The notes: generated by a model not told the origin, from the sequence alone. DNA of 64,000 bases from Alphaproteobacteria bacterium (GCA_964291395.2 OZ219858.1:1264953-1328952), one strand, 5' to 3'; positions 42,077 through 52,867 are shown, counted from the first letter of the stretch. Numbers and translations: made by a program.

Positions 42077-43711
42077 ATGACCGCGAAGTCGATCTACGAG
42101 GCGCATCTGGATCAGTCGTCCGCCAACCATCAAGCGCTATCGCCGTTGAGCTTCATCGAGCGCACTGCGGCCGTCTATCCGGATCGGGTCGCCATTATTC
42201 ACGGAGAGGCGCGCCGCACGTGGGCGGAGACTTTTGCGCGCTGCCGCAGGCTCGCCTCCGCGCTGTCGAAGTGGGGAATCGGTCATGCGGATACCGTCGC
42301 CGTCATGGGTGCCAACACGCCGGAGCTCTACGAATGCCACTTTGGCGTGCCGGCCGTTGGCGCCGTCCTCAATGCTCTCAACGTGCGTTTGGATGCCGAT
42401 ACCATCGCCTTTATTCTCGATCACGGCGAAGCCAAGGTATTGATCACCGACTCGGAGTTCTCTGACACAATCAAACAGGCACTGGCCAAGACCAAGGCTC
42501 GTCCCATCGTCGTCGATATCGCCGATGCACTGGCGGAAACTGCCGGGGATCGGTTGGGCGAGACGGACTACGAGGCATTGCTCGAGGTAGGGGATGGGGA
42601 TTTCGATTGGCAGCCGCCCGCCGACGAATGGCAAGCGATCTGCCTCAACTACACGTCTGGAACGACGGGCAATCCCAAGGGCGTCGTCTATCATCATCGA
42701 GGCGCCTACCTGAACGCTTTGGGGAACGTTCTGGCATGGTCCATGCCGCGTCACCCGGTATACCTGTGGACACTGCCGATGTTCCATTGCAACGGCTGGT
42801 GCTTCCCCTGGACCCTCGCGGCCATGGCCGGCACGAGCGTCTGTTCTCGCCGGGTCACCGCCGCCGACATATACGCCGCGATCGCCGATCACGGCGTGAC
42901 CCACCTCTGCGGCGCGCCCATCGTGATGAACTTCATCGTCAACGCCGCCGACCATGAGCGCCGATCGTTCGATCACCAAGTCAACATGATGACCGCGGGC
43001 GCACCGCCTCCGGCCGCGCTCCTCGAGTCCATGCAGGAGATCGGATTTGACGTGACGCACGTTTACGGCTTGACCGAGACTTATGGTCCGGCCGTCGTCT
43101 GTGATTGGCACGAGGAGTGGAACGCGCTCGGCGCCGTCGAACAGGCCGAGCGCAAATCGCGCCAGGGCGTTCGCTATCCTGTGCTCCAGGACCTCGCCGT
43201 CATGGATCCCGCGACCATGACCGAAGTTCCTGCCGATGGCGAGACGATGGGCGAGGTGATGTTCCGGGGGAATATCGTCATGAAAGGGTATCTCAAGAAT
43301 CCTACGGCCACCGAAGAGGCTCTGGGAGACGGGTGGTTCCATTCGGGCGACCTCGGCGTGCGGCACCCGGACGATTACATTCAGCTCAAGGACCGCTCCA
43401 AAGACATCATCATTTCCGGGGGCGAAAACATCTCATCCATCGAGGTCGAAGACACGATCTTCCGGCACCCAGCGGTATTGAATGTCGCGGTGGTGGCCAA
43501 ACCCGACGATAAATGGGGGGAGACGCCGTGCGCCTTCGTCGAGCTGAAAAGGGACCCGGACACGGTCACCGAAGGTGACATCATCGCCTTCTGCCGGGAC
43601 AATCTCGCCCACTTCAAATGCCCACGATATGTGGTTTTCGGGGAATTGCCGAAGACCTCGACCGGAAAGATTCAGAAGTTCATCCTCCGCGAGAACGCGA
43701 AGTTCATTTGA
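42077..43711 (+). CDS. Acyl-CoA synthetase (AEE21/DmdB-like)
   Basis: NYTSGTTGNPKG, TLPMFHCNGW, YGLTET, LPKTSTGK. Confidence 0.9.
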   Translation: MTAKSIYEAHLDQSSANHQALSPLSFIERTAAVYPDRVAIIHGEARRTWAETFARCRRLASALSKWGIGHADTVAVMGANTPELYECHFGVPAVGAVLNALNVRLDADTIAFILDHGEAKVLITDSEFSDTIKQALAKTKARPIVVDIADALAETAGDRLGETDYEALLEVGDGDFDWQPPADEWQAICLNYTSGTTGNPKGVVYHHRGAYLNALGNVLAWSMPRHPVYLWTLPMFHCNGWCFPWTLAAMAGTSVCSRRVTAADIYAAIADHGVTHLCGAPIVMNFIVNAADHERRSFDHQVNMMTAGAPPPAALLESMQEIGFDVTHVYGLTETYGPAVVCDWHEEWNALGAVEQAERKSRQGVRYPVLQDLAVMDPATMTEVPADGETMGEVMFRGNIVMKGYLKNPTATEEALGDGWFHSGDLGVRHPDDYIQLKDRSKDIIISGGENISSIEVEDTIFRHPAVLNVAVVAKPDDKWGETPCAFVELKRDPDTVTEGDIIAFCRDNLAHFKCPRYVVFGELPKTSTGKIQKFILRENAKFI

Positions 43712-43770
43712 CCCGGATGCGGCGGCAACCCGGGCGGCCGTCCCGCCGCGGCGGGACGGCCCAAGAGTCT

Positions 43771-43941
43771 TCAGTGCTCCGCGCCGAGCCGCGCGATCTC
43801 GTCCTTGATCCGGAGCTTTTGGCGCTTGAGATCCGACAACACCGCCGAGTCAGGCATGGGTCGCCGGTTCTCTTCCTTGATGGCTTCTTCAAGGTCGTGG
43901 TGCATTTGCCGTAGCGACTCCATACGCGCTTCGACATTCAT
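43771..43941 (-). CDS. DUF465/YdcH family small protein
   Basis: H..LEEAI...LKRQKLRIKDEI. Confidence 0.85.
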   Translation of the reverse strand: MNVEARMESLRQMHHDLEEAIKEENRRPMPDSAVLSDLKRQKLRIKDEIARLGAEH

Positions 43942-44027
43942 ATGGCATGTCCTCCTAGCGTGACCAATGGCCGGCATTTAAGCATAGGCAGGGTCCGGCG
44001 TCAGCGACGGGTTGAACTTCGGAATGA

Positions 44028-44597
44028 TCAGGTTTCGAAGCGGGACAAGATCGCGATCTTATCCGCAGGGACGTCAGGATAGGCTGCCGAAAGCAGTGTC
44101 GCGGCCCATGCCTGCTCCTCCGCCGACGATCTTACCTTGAGAAGGGACAGGTATTGAGCCAAATTCTCGGCGGCGTCCATGGCCGCAGCTTCCGATGGCA
44201 TGCTCTGATCGTCTTCCACGGGAACACCGTCCGCCAGAAACAACTGTTCAGCGTGCTCGGCGTCAAGTTCCGCCCGCTTAATGGTCGCGCGCACGAGTTC
44301 GGCATGGTCCTTGGATACCGGAGGCGTCCATTCCTTCAGCAGATCCCGGAGTCCGCGGAGCGGCAAGATGACCTGATCGCGCCACGAGGCTATCTGTTCC
44401 AATAGCTCGGCAAGGCGGGCTCGCGTGAGACGCCCGCCCCTCCGCTGAGCAATCCACAAGCAATAGAGCAGAACGTTCACGTCGGCGCCGTGGCGCTCCT
44501 GAAGCTTGAGACAAGCTTCGGCGACGCCCGCCTTGGCGTAAGTATGTATGGAGAAATCCCAGAACGGATTGTCGGGAAACGACAAATCCACCCCCAA
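44028..44597 (-). CDS. TIGR02444 family protein
   Basis: FWDFS..Y...CLKLQ..G.DVN, ELDAEH.EQ. Confidence 0.85.
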   Translation of the reverse strand: MGVDLSFPDNPFWDFSIHTYAKAGVAEACLKLQERHGADVNVLLYCLWIAQRRGGRLTRARLAELLEQIASWRDQVILPLRGLRDLLKEWTPPVSKDHAELVRATIKRAELDAEHAEQLFLADGVPVEDDQSMPSEAAAMDAAENLAQYLSLLKVRSSAEEQAWAATLLSAAYPDVPADKIAILSRFET

Positions 44598-44693
44598 CTC
44601 TTCCGTTCGGCGCCCATCTTCGGGAAACGCGACCGAACTCCAATTTCTGCTATTCTAACGTGGAATAACGTCTCCTGGTCCGGTGGAGCGGGA

Positions 44694-44900
44694 ATGGACG
44701 ACCGGGACCTCGCCGAACTCAAGCACAAGCTGGAAGACTTGCGGACGGCACACCGCGACCTCGACGACAGCATCGAGGCGCTTGTCAAAGCGGGAAGCCG
44801 CGATCAGCTACAACTGCAGAGACTGAAAAAACGGAAACTGGCGCTCAAGGACGACATAGCACGCCTCGAAAACGCGCTGGTACCTGACATTATCGCTTGA
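44694..44900 (+). CDS. DUF465 family small protein
   Basis: HRDLDDSI...RLKKRKLALKD...PDIIA. Confidence 0.88.
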   Translation: MDDRDLAELKHKLEDLRTAHRDLDDSIEALVKAGSRDQLQLQRLKKRKLALKDDIARLENALVPDIIA

Positions 44901-45085
44901 GCGTCCTCGAGCAGGAGGTCCTGTTCGCACCTGCCCAAGCGGCTCGTGCGCAAGGCTCGCGTGACGACCCCCAGACCGGATTATCCGGGACTGTCTGAAG
45001 CCGATATCCTCTGGCCAGCGTCACATTCTTGCGCCGTTTCGGGGTACCCCGCTACATTCCGCACGCGCAATGCAGGGAGAGATGA

Positions 45086-45574
45086 ATGGCACAAGGTAAT
45101 CCGATCGTAGGCATTCTGATGGGCAGCCAGTCAGATTGGGCGACGATGAAAAACGCTGCCGATACATTGGAAAAGCTCGGAATTCCGTACGAAGCCCAGG
45201 TGATTTCGGCCCACCGGAATCCAGACCGGCTCGATGATTATTGTGCGACGGCCCAGGAGCGGGGTCTCAAGGTCATCATCGGGGGCGCGGGTATGGCAGC
45301 CGCGCTACCGGGGGTGATCGCCGCGAAGACACCACTGCCGGTTCTCGGCGTACCCATGGAGAGCAAGCTCAACGGTCTCGACAGCCTGCTATCGATGACG
45401 CAGATGCCTGCGGGCGTTCCCGTCGGCACGCTGGCGGTCGGGCGCGCGGGCGCGGTGAACGCAGCGCTGTTCACCGCGGCGATCCTCGCCCTGAGTGACG
45501 GGACGATCGCCCAAGCGCTGAAGGATTTCCGCACCGAACAATCGGCGGCAACCGTAGAACTGCCCAAGGACTAA
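45086..45574 (+). CDS. purE: N5-CAIR mutase / AIR carboxylase
   Basis: [19 protein letters not shown]. Confidence 0.95.
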   Translation: MAQGNPIVGILMGSQSDWATMKNAADTLEKLGIPYEAQVISAHRNPDRLDDYCATAQERGLKVIIGGAGMAAALPGVIAAKTPLPVLGVPMESKLNGLDSLLSMTQMPAGVPVGTLAVGRAGAVNAALFTAAILALSDGTIAQALKDFRTEQSAATVELPKD

Positions 45575-45587
45575 AAGGTACCCGGAA

Positions 45588-46244
45588 TCAGGCGGGACGA
45601 CGGCGCATGGGTGAAAATCTCGCCCCACGCGCTGCAAGTTTGGTCAATCTTGCCGTCAAGCCGTCGACACGTCCGCGCGCCTTTTGTATCCGCATGACAT
45701 CCTCGATACGGCGCTCGAGGAACGCCCACGTGTCGGCAAAACCGTCCGAATGATCGTCCAACCAATAGAGCAGCGTGGATGAATACACTCCCGCGAGCAA
45801 GGCGCGCTTCGTGTAGAAGTTGAAGTCGGTCGACGTATCGCCGATACCCGTCCATATGGCGTCAACCGTTCCGTAGAGACTGCGGAGGGCACGGGGTGCG
45901 TTGAACGGAAGGGCGTGCACGGCAACGGCCCGGCGGACCGCTTCACGATGTGGTGCCACGGCTTCGATCCTGAGGCGGATCGCGAGCGCGATGCGCTCCC
46001 GGATCCTGAGCGTTTCGAGGTCTTGCTTCGCCAACGCCTCGACCATGTCTTCGTCGGCGGACTTGATGAACGCGCCGACCATGCCGGCGGCACCTCCCGG
46101 AAACGCCCGCCGAACCAACTCGAAGTCCTCACCCAGATCCTTTGCCGCGTGCTTGAGAGCCCGCCGGCTCCAGCCGTCGAAGGACACGTGTCTCAGGAGG
46201 GCGGGCAGATAGCGTCGGCGAATCTCATTCCCGCGTTTAGCCAT
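45588..46244 (-). CDS. COQ9 family (rpsU-divergently transcribed) protein
   Basis: FDGWS, GDTSTDFNFYTKR. Confidence 0.9.
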   Translation of the reverse strand: MAKRGNEIRRRYLPALLRHVSFDGWSRRALKHAAKDLGEDFELVRRAFPGGAAGMVGAFIKSADEDMVEALAKQDLETLRIRERIALAIRLRIEAVAPHREAVRRAVAVHALPFNAPRALRSLYGTVDAIWTGIGDTSTDFNFYTKRALLAGVYSSTLLYWLDDHSDGFADTWAFLERRIEDVMRIQKARGRVDGLTARLTKLAARGARFSPMRRRPA

Positions 46245-46824
46245 CGGACATCTCCGCTTCGACATGACCGGACTTGGCCGCCACCTCCTCGGCCTCCTCC
46301 ATCGTGCGATGGAACTCCGATTCGAAGACGAGTTTCGCAAGGTCGGTCATCCGCATCGGGTACAGGATACCATCGAGATGGTCGCATTCGTGTTGGACCA
46401 CCCGGGCGTGCATGCCGTGAACCGTACGGTCGATCTTTCCGCCGTTCAGTGTCAGGCCGCGATAGCGTATAGAGGCATGACGGGGAACCTCTCCCCGCAG
46501 TCCGGGAACCGAAAGACAGCCCTCCCATCCGTACACCAGCTCATCGGAGAGCGGCTCGATCACTGGATTGAACAGGACGGTCAAATCCCGCTCGGGCGGG
46601 TCGTCGGGTTCCCGATCGGAATCGCCGTTGGGCGCGTGAAATATGACGACGCGCTTGGGCACGTGAACTTGTGGCGCGGCCAGACCTAGGCCTTGGGCAT
46701 CCGCCATGGTCTCGATCATGCTGTGGACGAGATAGCGGATTTCCGGCGCATCGGGGTCTGCGACCTCTTCCGCCCGACGCATCAAGACCGGGTGTCCCAT
46801 GCGCGCGATCTTAAGTATGGCCAT
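46237..46824 (-). CDS. def: Peptide deformylase
   Basis: GLGLAAPQ, EGCLS, HECDH. Confidence 0.95.
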   Translation of the reverse strand: MAILKIARMGHPVLMRRAEEVADPDAPEIRYLVHSMIETMADAQGLGLAAPQVHVPKRVVIFHAPNGDSDREPDDPPERDLTVLFNPVIEPLSDELVYGWEGCLSVPGLRGEVPRHASIRYRGLTLNGGKIDRTVHGMHARVVQHECDHLDGILYPMRMTDLAKLVFESEFHRTMEEAEEVAAKSGHVEAEMSDG

Positions 46825-47022
46825 GGGCCTAATATGTGGGGACGCAGGGGCAAGGTAAAGGCCACAGACATAACGATGCGCCGGACCCGGCCTCTGTGAG
46901 AAGGTGGACAGGCGCTTTCAGCCTGTGTTAAAGAGCGCGGCCCGCTCTTCACCGCCGGTTACCGTGGGCGGATCGGGCAACGGGAATGGTTCCGGAAGCT
47001 CTGCCGAACGGAGGAACGAAAA

Positions 47023-47232
47023 CTGGTTCAAGTCATCGTCAGAGACAACAATATCGATCAGGCCCTGCGCGCCTTGAAAAAGAAGATGCAGCGCGAGGGG
47101 ATTTTCCGCGAAATGAAGCTTCGGAACCACTACGAAAAGCCGTCGGAGAAACGGGCCCGCGAAAAGGCCGAGGCCATCCGGCGTGCCCGTAAGCTGGCTC
47201 GCAAGAGAGCCCAGCGCGAGGGGAACAACTGA
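47023..47232 (+). CDS. rpsU: 30S ribosomal protein S21 (missed by ORF track; CTG start)
   Basis: (M)[25 protein letters not shown]...[10 protein letters not shown]; GGAGG RBS 8 nt before CTG. Confidence 0.95.
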   Translation: MVQVIVRDNNIDQALRALKKKMQREGIFREMKLRNHYEKPSEKRAREKAEAIRRARKLARKRAQREGNN

Positions 47233-47312
47233 CGCGTGATCCCCGGTTCAACCGGCGACCTGACAACATTCCAGAAGTTTCCAGACCGACCCCGGTGATG
47301 GGGCAGGCCGGC

Positions 47313-48707
47313 CTATAACGCCTTCACCACACCTTCCGTGAGTTGTTTCGCGTCGGCGAACAGCATCATGGTGTTGTCCCGGTAGAAGAGATCGTTGTCG
47401 ATGCCCGCATACCCCGGCGACAGCGACCGCTTCACGAACAACACGGTCCGTGCCTTGTCCACGTCCAGAATGGGCATGCCATAGATGGGGCTACCCGGAT
47501 CGTCCCGGGCTGCCGGGTTGGTTACATCGTTGGCACCGATAACGAACGCGACGTCCGTACTCGCGAAATCCGAATTGATCTCTTCCAGTTCGGCCACTTC
47601 ATCGTAAGGAACGTTAGCCTCCGCCAACAGCACGTTCATGTGTCCCGGCATGCGGCCGGCCACGGGATGGATGGCATAGCGGACACGGACGCCCGCCTCT
47701 TTCAACTTGTCGGCCATTTCCCGAAGGGCATGTTGGGCCTGGGCAACAGCCATTCCGTATCCTGGCACGATAATTACGGAACCGGCATTCTTCATGACGA
47801 ACGCGGCATCCTCGGCGCTTCCGGACTTGGTGGACTTGTCACCGGCTGCGGTGTTCGCAGCTGTGGGGTCGCCTCCAAATCCACCGAGGATCACGCTGAA
47901 GAACGAGCGGTTCATGGCTCGGCACATGATGTAGCTGAGGATGGCACCGGAAGAACCGACGAGTGCACCCGTAACGATCAACGCCGAGTTTTGCAATGTG
48001 AACCCGATGCCCGCCGCCGCCCAGCCGGAATATGAATTGAGCATCGAGATGACGACCGGCATGTCGGCACCGCCGATCGGAATGATGATCAGGATCCCGA
48101 TGAGGAAACTGAGGGCGGTCATTGCCCAGAACAGTTCGGGCGACTGCTCCAGCGTGAAACAGGCCAGGAGCGCAATAGTGACGATTCCGAGCAGCAGATT
48201 GAGCCAGTGTTGACCGGAAAACACGATCGGGTTCCCCGAAACCAGCCCCTGCAGCTTGGTGAAGGCAACGATCGATCCCGAGAAGGTGATCGCGCCGATC
48301 GCGGCGCCCAATCCCATTTCGATGCGGCTCGACAGGAGGATGGCACCAGCCGGATCGGTGATACCGTACGCCCGCGGATTGTCCAGGGCGGCGCCGGCGA
48401 CGAGGACCGCCGCCATTCCGACGAGACTGTGAAATGCGGCGACCAGTTGGGGCATCGCCGCCATCTGGATCTTCAGGGCCACGGTCATGCCGATGAGACC
48501 GCCGATCGCGAACGCCGCGAGAATCCAATCGTAGGATACGACCTCGGGATCGATCACCGTGGTCAGGATGGCGATCGCCATTCCGGCGATGCCGTAGAGA
48601 TTCCCGGCCCTCGCCGTCTCGGGAGACGATAGGCCGCGCAGAGCAAGGATAAACAAGACCGAGGCGACGAGATACGCGATTGCCGTCAGATTGCCCGAAA
48701 TGGCCAT
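47313..48707 (-). CDS. pntB: NAD(P) transhydrogenase beta subunit
   Basis: GGADMPVVISMLNSYSG, HPVAGRMPGHMNV. Confidence 0.96.
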   Translation of the reverse strand: MAISGNLTAIAYLVASVLFILALRGLSSPETARAGNLYGIAGMAIAILTTVIDPEVVSYDWILAAFAIGGLIGMTVALKIQMAAMPQLVAAFHSLVGMAAVLVAGAALDNPRAYGITDPAGAILLSSRIEMGLGAAIGAITFSGSIVAFTKLQGLVSGNPIVFSGQHWLNLLLGIVTIALLACFTLEQSPELFWAMTALSFLIGILIIIPIGGADMPVVISMLNSYSGWAAAGIGFTLQNSALIVTGALVGSSGAILSYIMCRAMNRSFFSVILGGFGGDPTAANTAAGDKSTKSGSAEDAAFVMKNAGSVIIVPGYGMAVAQAQHALREMADKLKEAGVRVRYAIHPVAGRMPGHMNVLLAEANVPYDEVAELEEINSDFASTDVAFVIGANDVTNPAARDDPGSPIYGMPILDVDKARTVLFVKRSLSPGYAGIDNDLFYRDNTMMLFADAKQLTEGVVKAL

Positions 48708-48710
48708 CGC

Positions 48711-49001
48711 CTATTTCTTTCTTCGAAACATACTCAGCATGCGCTGCGTGACGGTGAAGCCGCCAAAGATATTGATGGCGGCCAGCGTCATGGCAATGAA
48801 TCCGAGAATCTTGGCCGTGCTCAGTTCATCAGGCCCGGCGGCGATCAGCGCCCCCACGATGATGACGCTGGAGACCGCGTTGGTCACCGACATCAACGGC
48901 GTGTGCAATGCGGGAGTCACGCTCCACACGACGTAGTAACCGACGAATATCGCGAGGACGAAGATGGTGAGCTGGAAGACGAACGGATCGACCGCTTCCA
49001 T
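48711..49001 (-). CDS. pntAB: NAD(P) transhydrogenase alpha2 subunit
   Basis: [17 protein letters not shown]. Confidence 0.95.
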   Translation of the reverse strand: MEAVDPFVFQLTIFVLAIFVGYYVVWSVTPALHTPLMSVTNAVSSVIIVGALIAAGPDELSTAKILGFIAMTLAAINIFGGFTVTQRMLSMFRRKK

Positions 49002-49006
49002 GTCTA

Positions 49007-50161
49007 TCAGCCCCGATTTGCGAGAAGCGGATGAACGACGGTGCCGTCACGGGTCAGAGCGGTGCCCGCGACGATCTCGTCGTTCCAGTCGATCTTCAGA
49101 CAGTGGGTCTCGGCGTCGATCAGCGGCGTGAGAAAATTGAACAGATTCCGGGCATATAGTGCCGAGGCGTCCTCGGCGACACGGCTGGGCACGTTGCGGA
49201 AGGCGATGATCTTCACGCCGTTCACTTGGACGATTTCATCCGGCCGAGACAAGGTGCAGTTGCCGCCCGCCTCCACCGCCAGATCGACGATCACGGACCC
49301 TGAATTCATGCTAAGCACCATGTCGTCGTCGATGAGGGTTGGCGCCGGGTGTCCGGGAATGAGCGCCGTCGTAACGACGATATCCTGGCGTGCGATGTGG
49401 GCGCGGACGAGTTCCGCCTGCTTGCGCTGGTAGTCCTCGCTCATTTCCTTTGCGTAGCCGCCTTCCGTTTCTGCCGACGCGGATTCCTTATCCTCGACCA
49501 TCACGAAACTGGCACCGAGCGACTCCACCTGCTCCTTCGCGGTCAGCCGTACGTCGGTCGCCGAGACGATCGCGCCCAACCGGCGCGCCGTGGCGATGGC
49601 CTGCAGTCCGGCGACTCCCGCCCCCAAAACGAAAACCCGGGCCGGCGCGACAGTCCCTGCCGCGGTCATCATCATGGGCAATGCCCGATGGAACTCCGCG
49701 GCGGCGTCGAGAACGGCCCGATAGCCCGCGAGGTTGGACTGTGAGGACAGCGCATCCATGCTCTGCGCCCGCGTGATTCGCGGTATCAGTTCCATGGCGA
49801 AGGCCCTGATACCGTGCTCCGCATACTCGTCTATTTTTGACCGCTGATCGAAGGGCGCGAGAAGTCCGACGAGAACCGCGCCTTCCTGGATCATATCGAG
49901 CTCGTCCGAATCGCCCTCGTCGCCTGTAATGGGGCTCTGAACCTTCAAGACCACGTCGGCGCCGCTCAGCGTTTCGACCTCCGAATCAACGATCTCCGCA
50001 CCCGCGTCCCGGTAGAGCTGATCCACGAAGTTCGATTGCAATCCGGCATCGTGCTCGACGACGACATGCGCGCCGAGATCCGAGAACTTCTTGGCCGTGT
50101 AAGGGGTTGCCGCAACGCGACGCTCATGTTCCCGCCGTTCCTTGGGAACGGCGACCTTCAT
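49007..50161 (-). CDS. pntAA: NAD(P) transhydrogenase alpha1 subunit
   Basis: [25 protein letters not shown]. Confidence 0.96.
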   Translation of the reverse strand: MKVAVPKERREHERRVAATPYTAKKFSDLGAHVVVEHDAGLQSNFVDQLYRDAGAEIVDSEVETLSGADVVLKVQSPITGDEGDSDELDMIQEGAVLVGLLAPFDQRSKIDEYAEHGIRAFAMELIPRITRAQSMDALSSQSNLAGYRAVLDAAAEFHRALPMMMTAAGTVAPARVFVLGAGVAGLQAIATARRLGAIVSATDVRLTAKEQVESLGASFVMVEDKESASAETEGGYAKEMSEDYQRKQAELVRAHIARQDIVVTTALIPGHPAPTLIDDDMVLSMNSGSVIVDLAVEAGGNCTLSRPDEIVQVNGVKIIAFRNVPSRVAEDASALYARNLFNFLTPLIDAETHCLKIDWNDEIVAGTALTRDGTVVHPLLANRG

Positions 50162-50307
50162 GCGTCACCCGGTTTTTCGAGATCGGGTCGTCCCGGATCG
50201 ATGAGGCGAACAGGGCAGGGCACCATCACGAAGTGCCTATCGACCAACCAGAACCGGCACGCCGGGCATGAAGGACGACCAGTTAAATTCTTGGTGTGTC
50301 GGCGTCC

Positions 50308-50436
50308 TTACCAAACGAGGGTGGCCGCCAAAATGATCAATAGTGCAGCGATCCCGATGCAGCTCCACAACGTAAGCCGGCAGAAATCACGCCAAGTTTC
50401 TTGCTGTTGAGCTATGTCCATATCACTGTCGGCCAT
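50308..50436 (-). CDS. aa3-type cytochrome c oxidase subunit IV-like small protein (42 aa, below the ORF cutoff)
   Basis: MADSDMDIAQQQETWRDFCRLTLWSCIGIAALLIILAATLVW; GGAG RBS; usual position upstream of pntA. Confidence 0.8.
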   Translation of the reverse strand: MADSDMDIAQQQETWRDFCRLTLWSCIGIAALLIILAATLVW

Positions 50437-50601
50437 TGGAGGAGTTCTCCTTGAACTACTGAGCCGTCAATGCGTGGCAATATATCAAACGACGGGCGGT
50501 GATCAATATTGGTGCCGATCAAGGGATGGTGAACGGTATCCATTCGATGATCCGCCCAAGTCATGCATCCGATTTGCCGCCGGTAGTCCGTCTCGGATCG
50601 A

Positions 50602-51954
50602 TCATTCCGGGAGCGGCAAGCCGATTTTTTTGAGCAAGCGTGTCTGACTTCGCTTCAGTCGGGTCTCGTCGAAATCTCGGATGAGGTCGTGAAAAATTTC
50701 AAACCAATTGATCTCGGCATCAAGATGGAGAAACACGCCACCCAGACCGATCGCGGCACGGTCCATGAATACGAACTCGCGCGGCGGTCGCACGCCCCCT
50801 TGCTCCCGAAGACGCTGATGCACCTTCGCCGCGACCTCGTGACCATAGACACCGGTAGCCTCGAACTCCTGAATTCGTCGGGGACGATTCTCGAGTAGTG
50901 GCGCGTACACGAAGGCGGCCCACAGGTTCAGGGTGTCGATGATCTCGTCCGAAAGGTCTTCAAATCCCCAGGTCTTGTAGGCGTGCACCGCGAGGTCGTG
51001 ATCGTCGTTCGCGATGGCCCAGTAAAGGTCGATGACGCCCCGGACGAAGCTTGGTTTGAAGATTCGGATGCAGCCAAAATCGAGGAGATTGAGGGACAGG
51101 TCTTCGGTCGCCGAGTAATTGCCCAAGTGCGGGTCGGCATGGATGACGCCGCCGTTGTAGAAGGGCACGTACCAGGCTCGGAATAACGCATGGGCGATCT
51201 CGTTCCGTACTGCAAGTGGTGCGTCGATGAAATCGAGCAAGCGCCGCCCCTCCAGCCAACTCATGGTCAGAAGCCGTCCAGTCGAGAGCTGGGGAACGAC
51301 ATCGGGCACATGGACATTCGCTTCGCCCTTCAACAGTTCGGCATAGAGCTTCACGTGCCGAGCTTCGAGCTCATAGTCGAGTTCTTCGCGCAAGCGTTCC
51401 GCAATCTCCTCGTGGATTTCCTTGGTGTCGACGCTGGGGTCGTACCGGGCGTAAATCGCGAACGCGAGTTTCAATTGCCTCAGATCGGCCTCGACGACCG
51501 AGGTCATGTCCGGATATTGCAGTTTGCAGGCCAGCTCCCGGCCGTCGTGGGACACAACCCGGTGAACCTGTCCCAACGATGCGGCCGCTGCGGCTTCGTG
51601 ACCAAAGGACTTGAACTTGGACTGCCAGTCGGCACCGAGTTCCGCCGCCATCCGGCGGCGCACAAAGGGCCATCCCATCGGGGGCGCGTTGGATTGGAGC
51701 TGGGCAAGTTCGGCGACGTACTCCTTCGGCAGCGCTTCCGGAATCGTCGACATCAACTGCGCCACCTTCATGAGTGGGCCCTTCAGGCCGCCCAACGCTT
51801 TTCTCAGTTCAGCCGCGTGCTCGGTACGATCAAGAGGCAGGCCGAAGACCCGTTCGCCTGCCAATCGCGCCGCCAAGCCGCCGACCGTGCTCGACACCCG
51901 GGCGTAACGTTTCATGCGCCCGGTAAGAGAATCTCTTTCGTCGCCACGAGACAT
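50602..51954 (-). CDS. AarF/ABC1/UbiB family kinase-like protein
   Basis: KVAQ, AAASLGQVH, KLQYP, HADPHLGN, LDFG. Confidence 0.92.
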   Translation of the reverse strand: MSRGDERDSLTGRMKRYARVSSTVGGLAARLAGERVFGLPLDRTEHAAELRKALGGLKGPLMKVAQLMSTIPEALPKEYVAELAQLQSNAPPMGWPFVRRRMAAELGADWQSKFKSFGHEAAAAASLGQVHRVVSHDGRELACKLQYPDMTSVVEADLRQLKLAFAIYARYDPSVDTKEIHEEIAERLREELDYELEARHVKLYAELLKGEANVHVPDVVPQLSTGRLLTMSWLEGRRLLDFIDAPLAVRNEIAHALFRAWYVPFYNGGVIHADPHLGNYSATEDLSLNLLDFGCIRIFKPSFVRGVIDLYWAIANDDHDLAVHAYKTWGFEDLSDEIIDTLNLWAAFVYAPLLENRPRRIQEFEATGVYGHEVAAKVHQRLREQGGVRPPREFVFMDRAAIGLGGVFLHLDAEINWFEIFHDLIRDFDETRLKRSQTRLLKKIGLPLPE

Positions 51955-51959
51955 GCGAT

Positions 51960-52180
51960 TCAGGTAGCTTCGAGTTCGCCGATGAAACCGAAACCGGAGA
52001 TCATCGACAGCCCGTTGTCCCGAAACCGGGGATCGGATGCATCGAGTCCAAGTGGCGGGAAGAGTCCCTCGTGATGCAACGCGCCACTCGTATGAAGCAT
52101 CTCAAAATACCTCTCGGAATCCTTCATGAGAGTCCAGATAGACCGCGTACAGCAAATTTACCAGGCATTCTCCGAGTGCG
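51960..52180 (-). pseudogene. C-terminal remnant of an M3 oligoendopeptidase (pepF-like)
   Basis: ALGECLVNLLYAVYLDSHEGF, a frameshift, then LGLDASDPRFRDNGLSMISGFGFIGELEAT*; position directly upstream of aarF. Confidence 0.75.
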
Positions 52181-52432
52181 CGGGCAGCCATCGGCGCGAC
52201 ACGCCGTACGGGGCGAGGCCGTGCTCCGGGACGGCTTGCGCAGTGTGGGCGAGGACGGCGAGCGCGGCGCGTCTCACGGCGAAATGACGTTCGATCAGGC
52301 GATCGTACTGCACGACGGGTCGTGCCGGAACCGAGGACGGACCGCGAGTGCATTCGGATGGAATATTGAGGCCGGACCCGAAGTCCGACCCCGAAAGTTG
52401 CAGAATGCCGGAACGGTTCCAACCGAACCTCT

Positions 52433-52867
52433 CTAGCCGATGACAAGGAAATGCCCGTGTGCCACAGCGATCGGTAGTTCTGGACCCGATTGCCAAGCAT
52501 CGACCCTGACATTGGCCACACGGCGTCCCCGGCGGGTTACCAGACCCCGGGCATGCGTTTGTTCCAGTCTGCCGCTGCGCAAGTAGTCGACCGACATGTT
52601 GACTGTTTTGGGTAGCTGCCCCGGTGCCAAATCCCACATCAACTGCATCAAGGCCACGTGCTCGAGGAACGCACCGATCACCCCGCCGTGGATCGCGGGA
52701 AGAATCGGGTTCCCGATGATCAGGTCGCTGCCGGCCAGCGTGCAGATCACCGCCTCGCCGTCGAGGTATGCGTCGATCCCGATGAAATTCGCGTAGGGAA
52801 TGGCCTTCGTGATGGCGTTCGGTTCGCCCGCGGCCTTGGCGGCCCCGATGATGTTCATCAGAGTCAC
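52433..52867 (-). CDS. PaaI family thioesterase
   Basis: IGNP.LPAIHGG, VDYLR. Confidence 0.88.
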   Translation of the reverse strand: MTLMNIIGAAKAAGEPNAITKAIPYANFIGIDAYLDGEAVICTLAGSDLIIGNPILPAIHGGVIGAFLEHVALMQLMWDLAPGQLPKTVNMSVDYLRSGRLEQTHARGLVTRRGRRVANVRVDAWQSGPELPIAVAHGHFLVIG

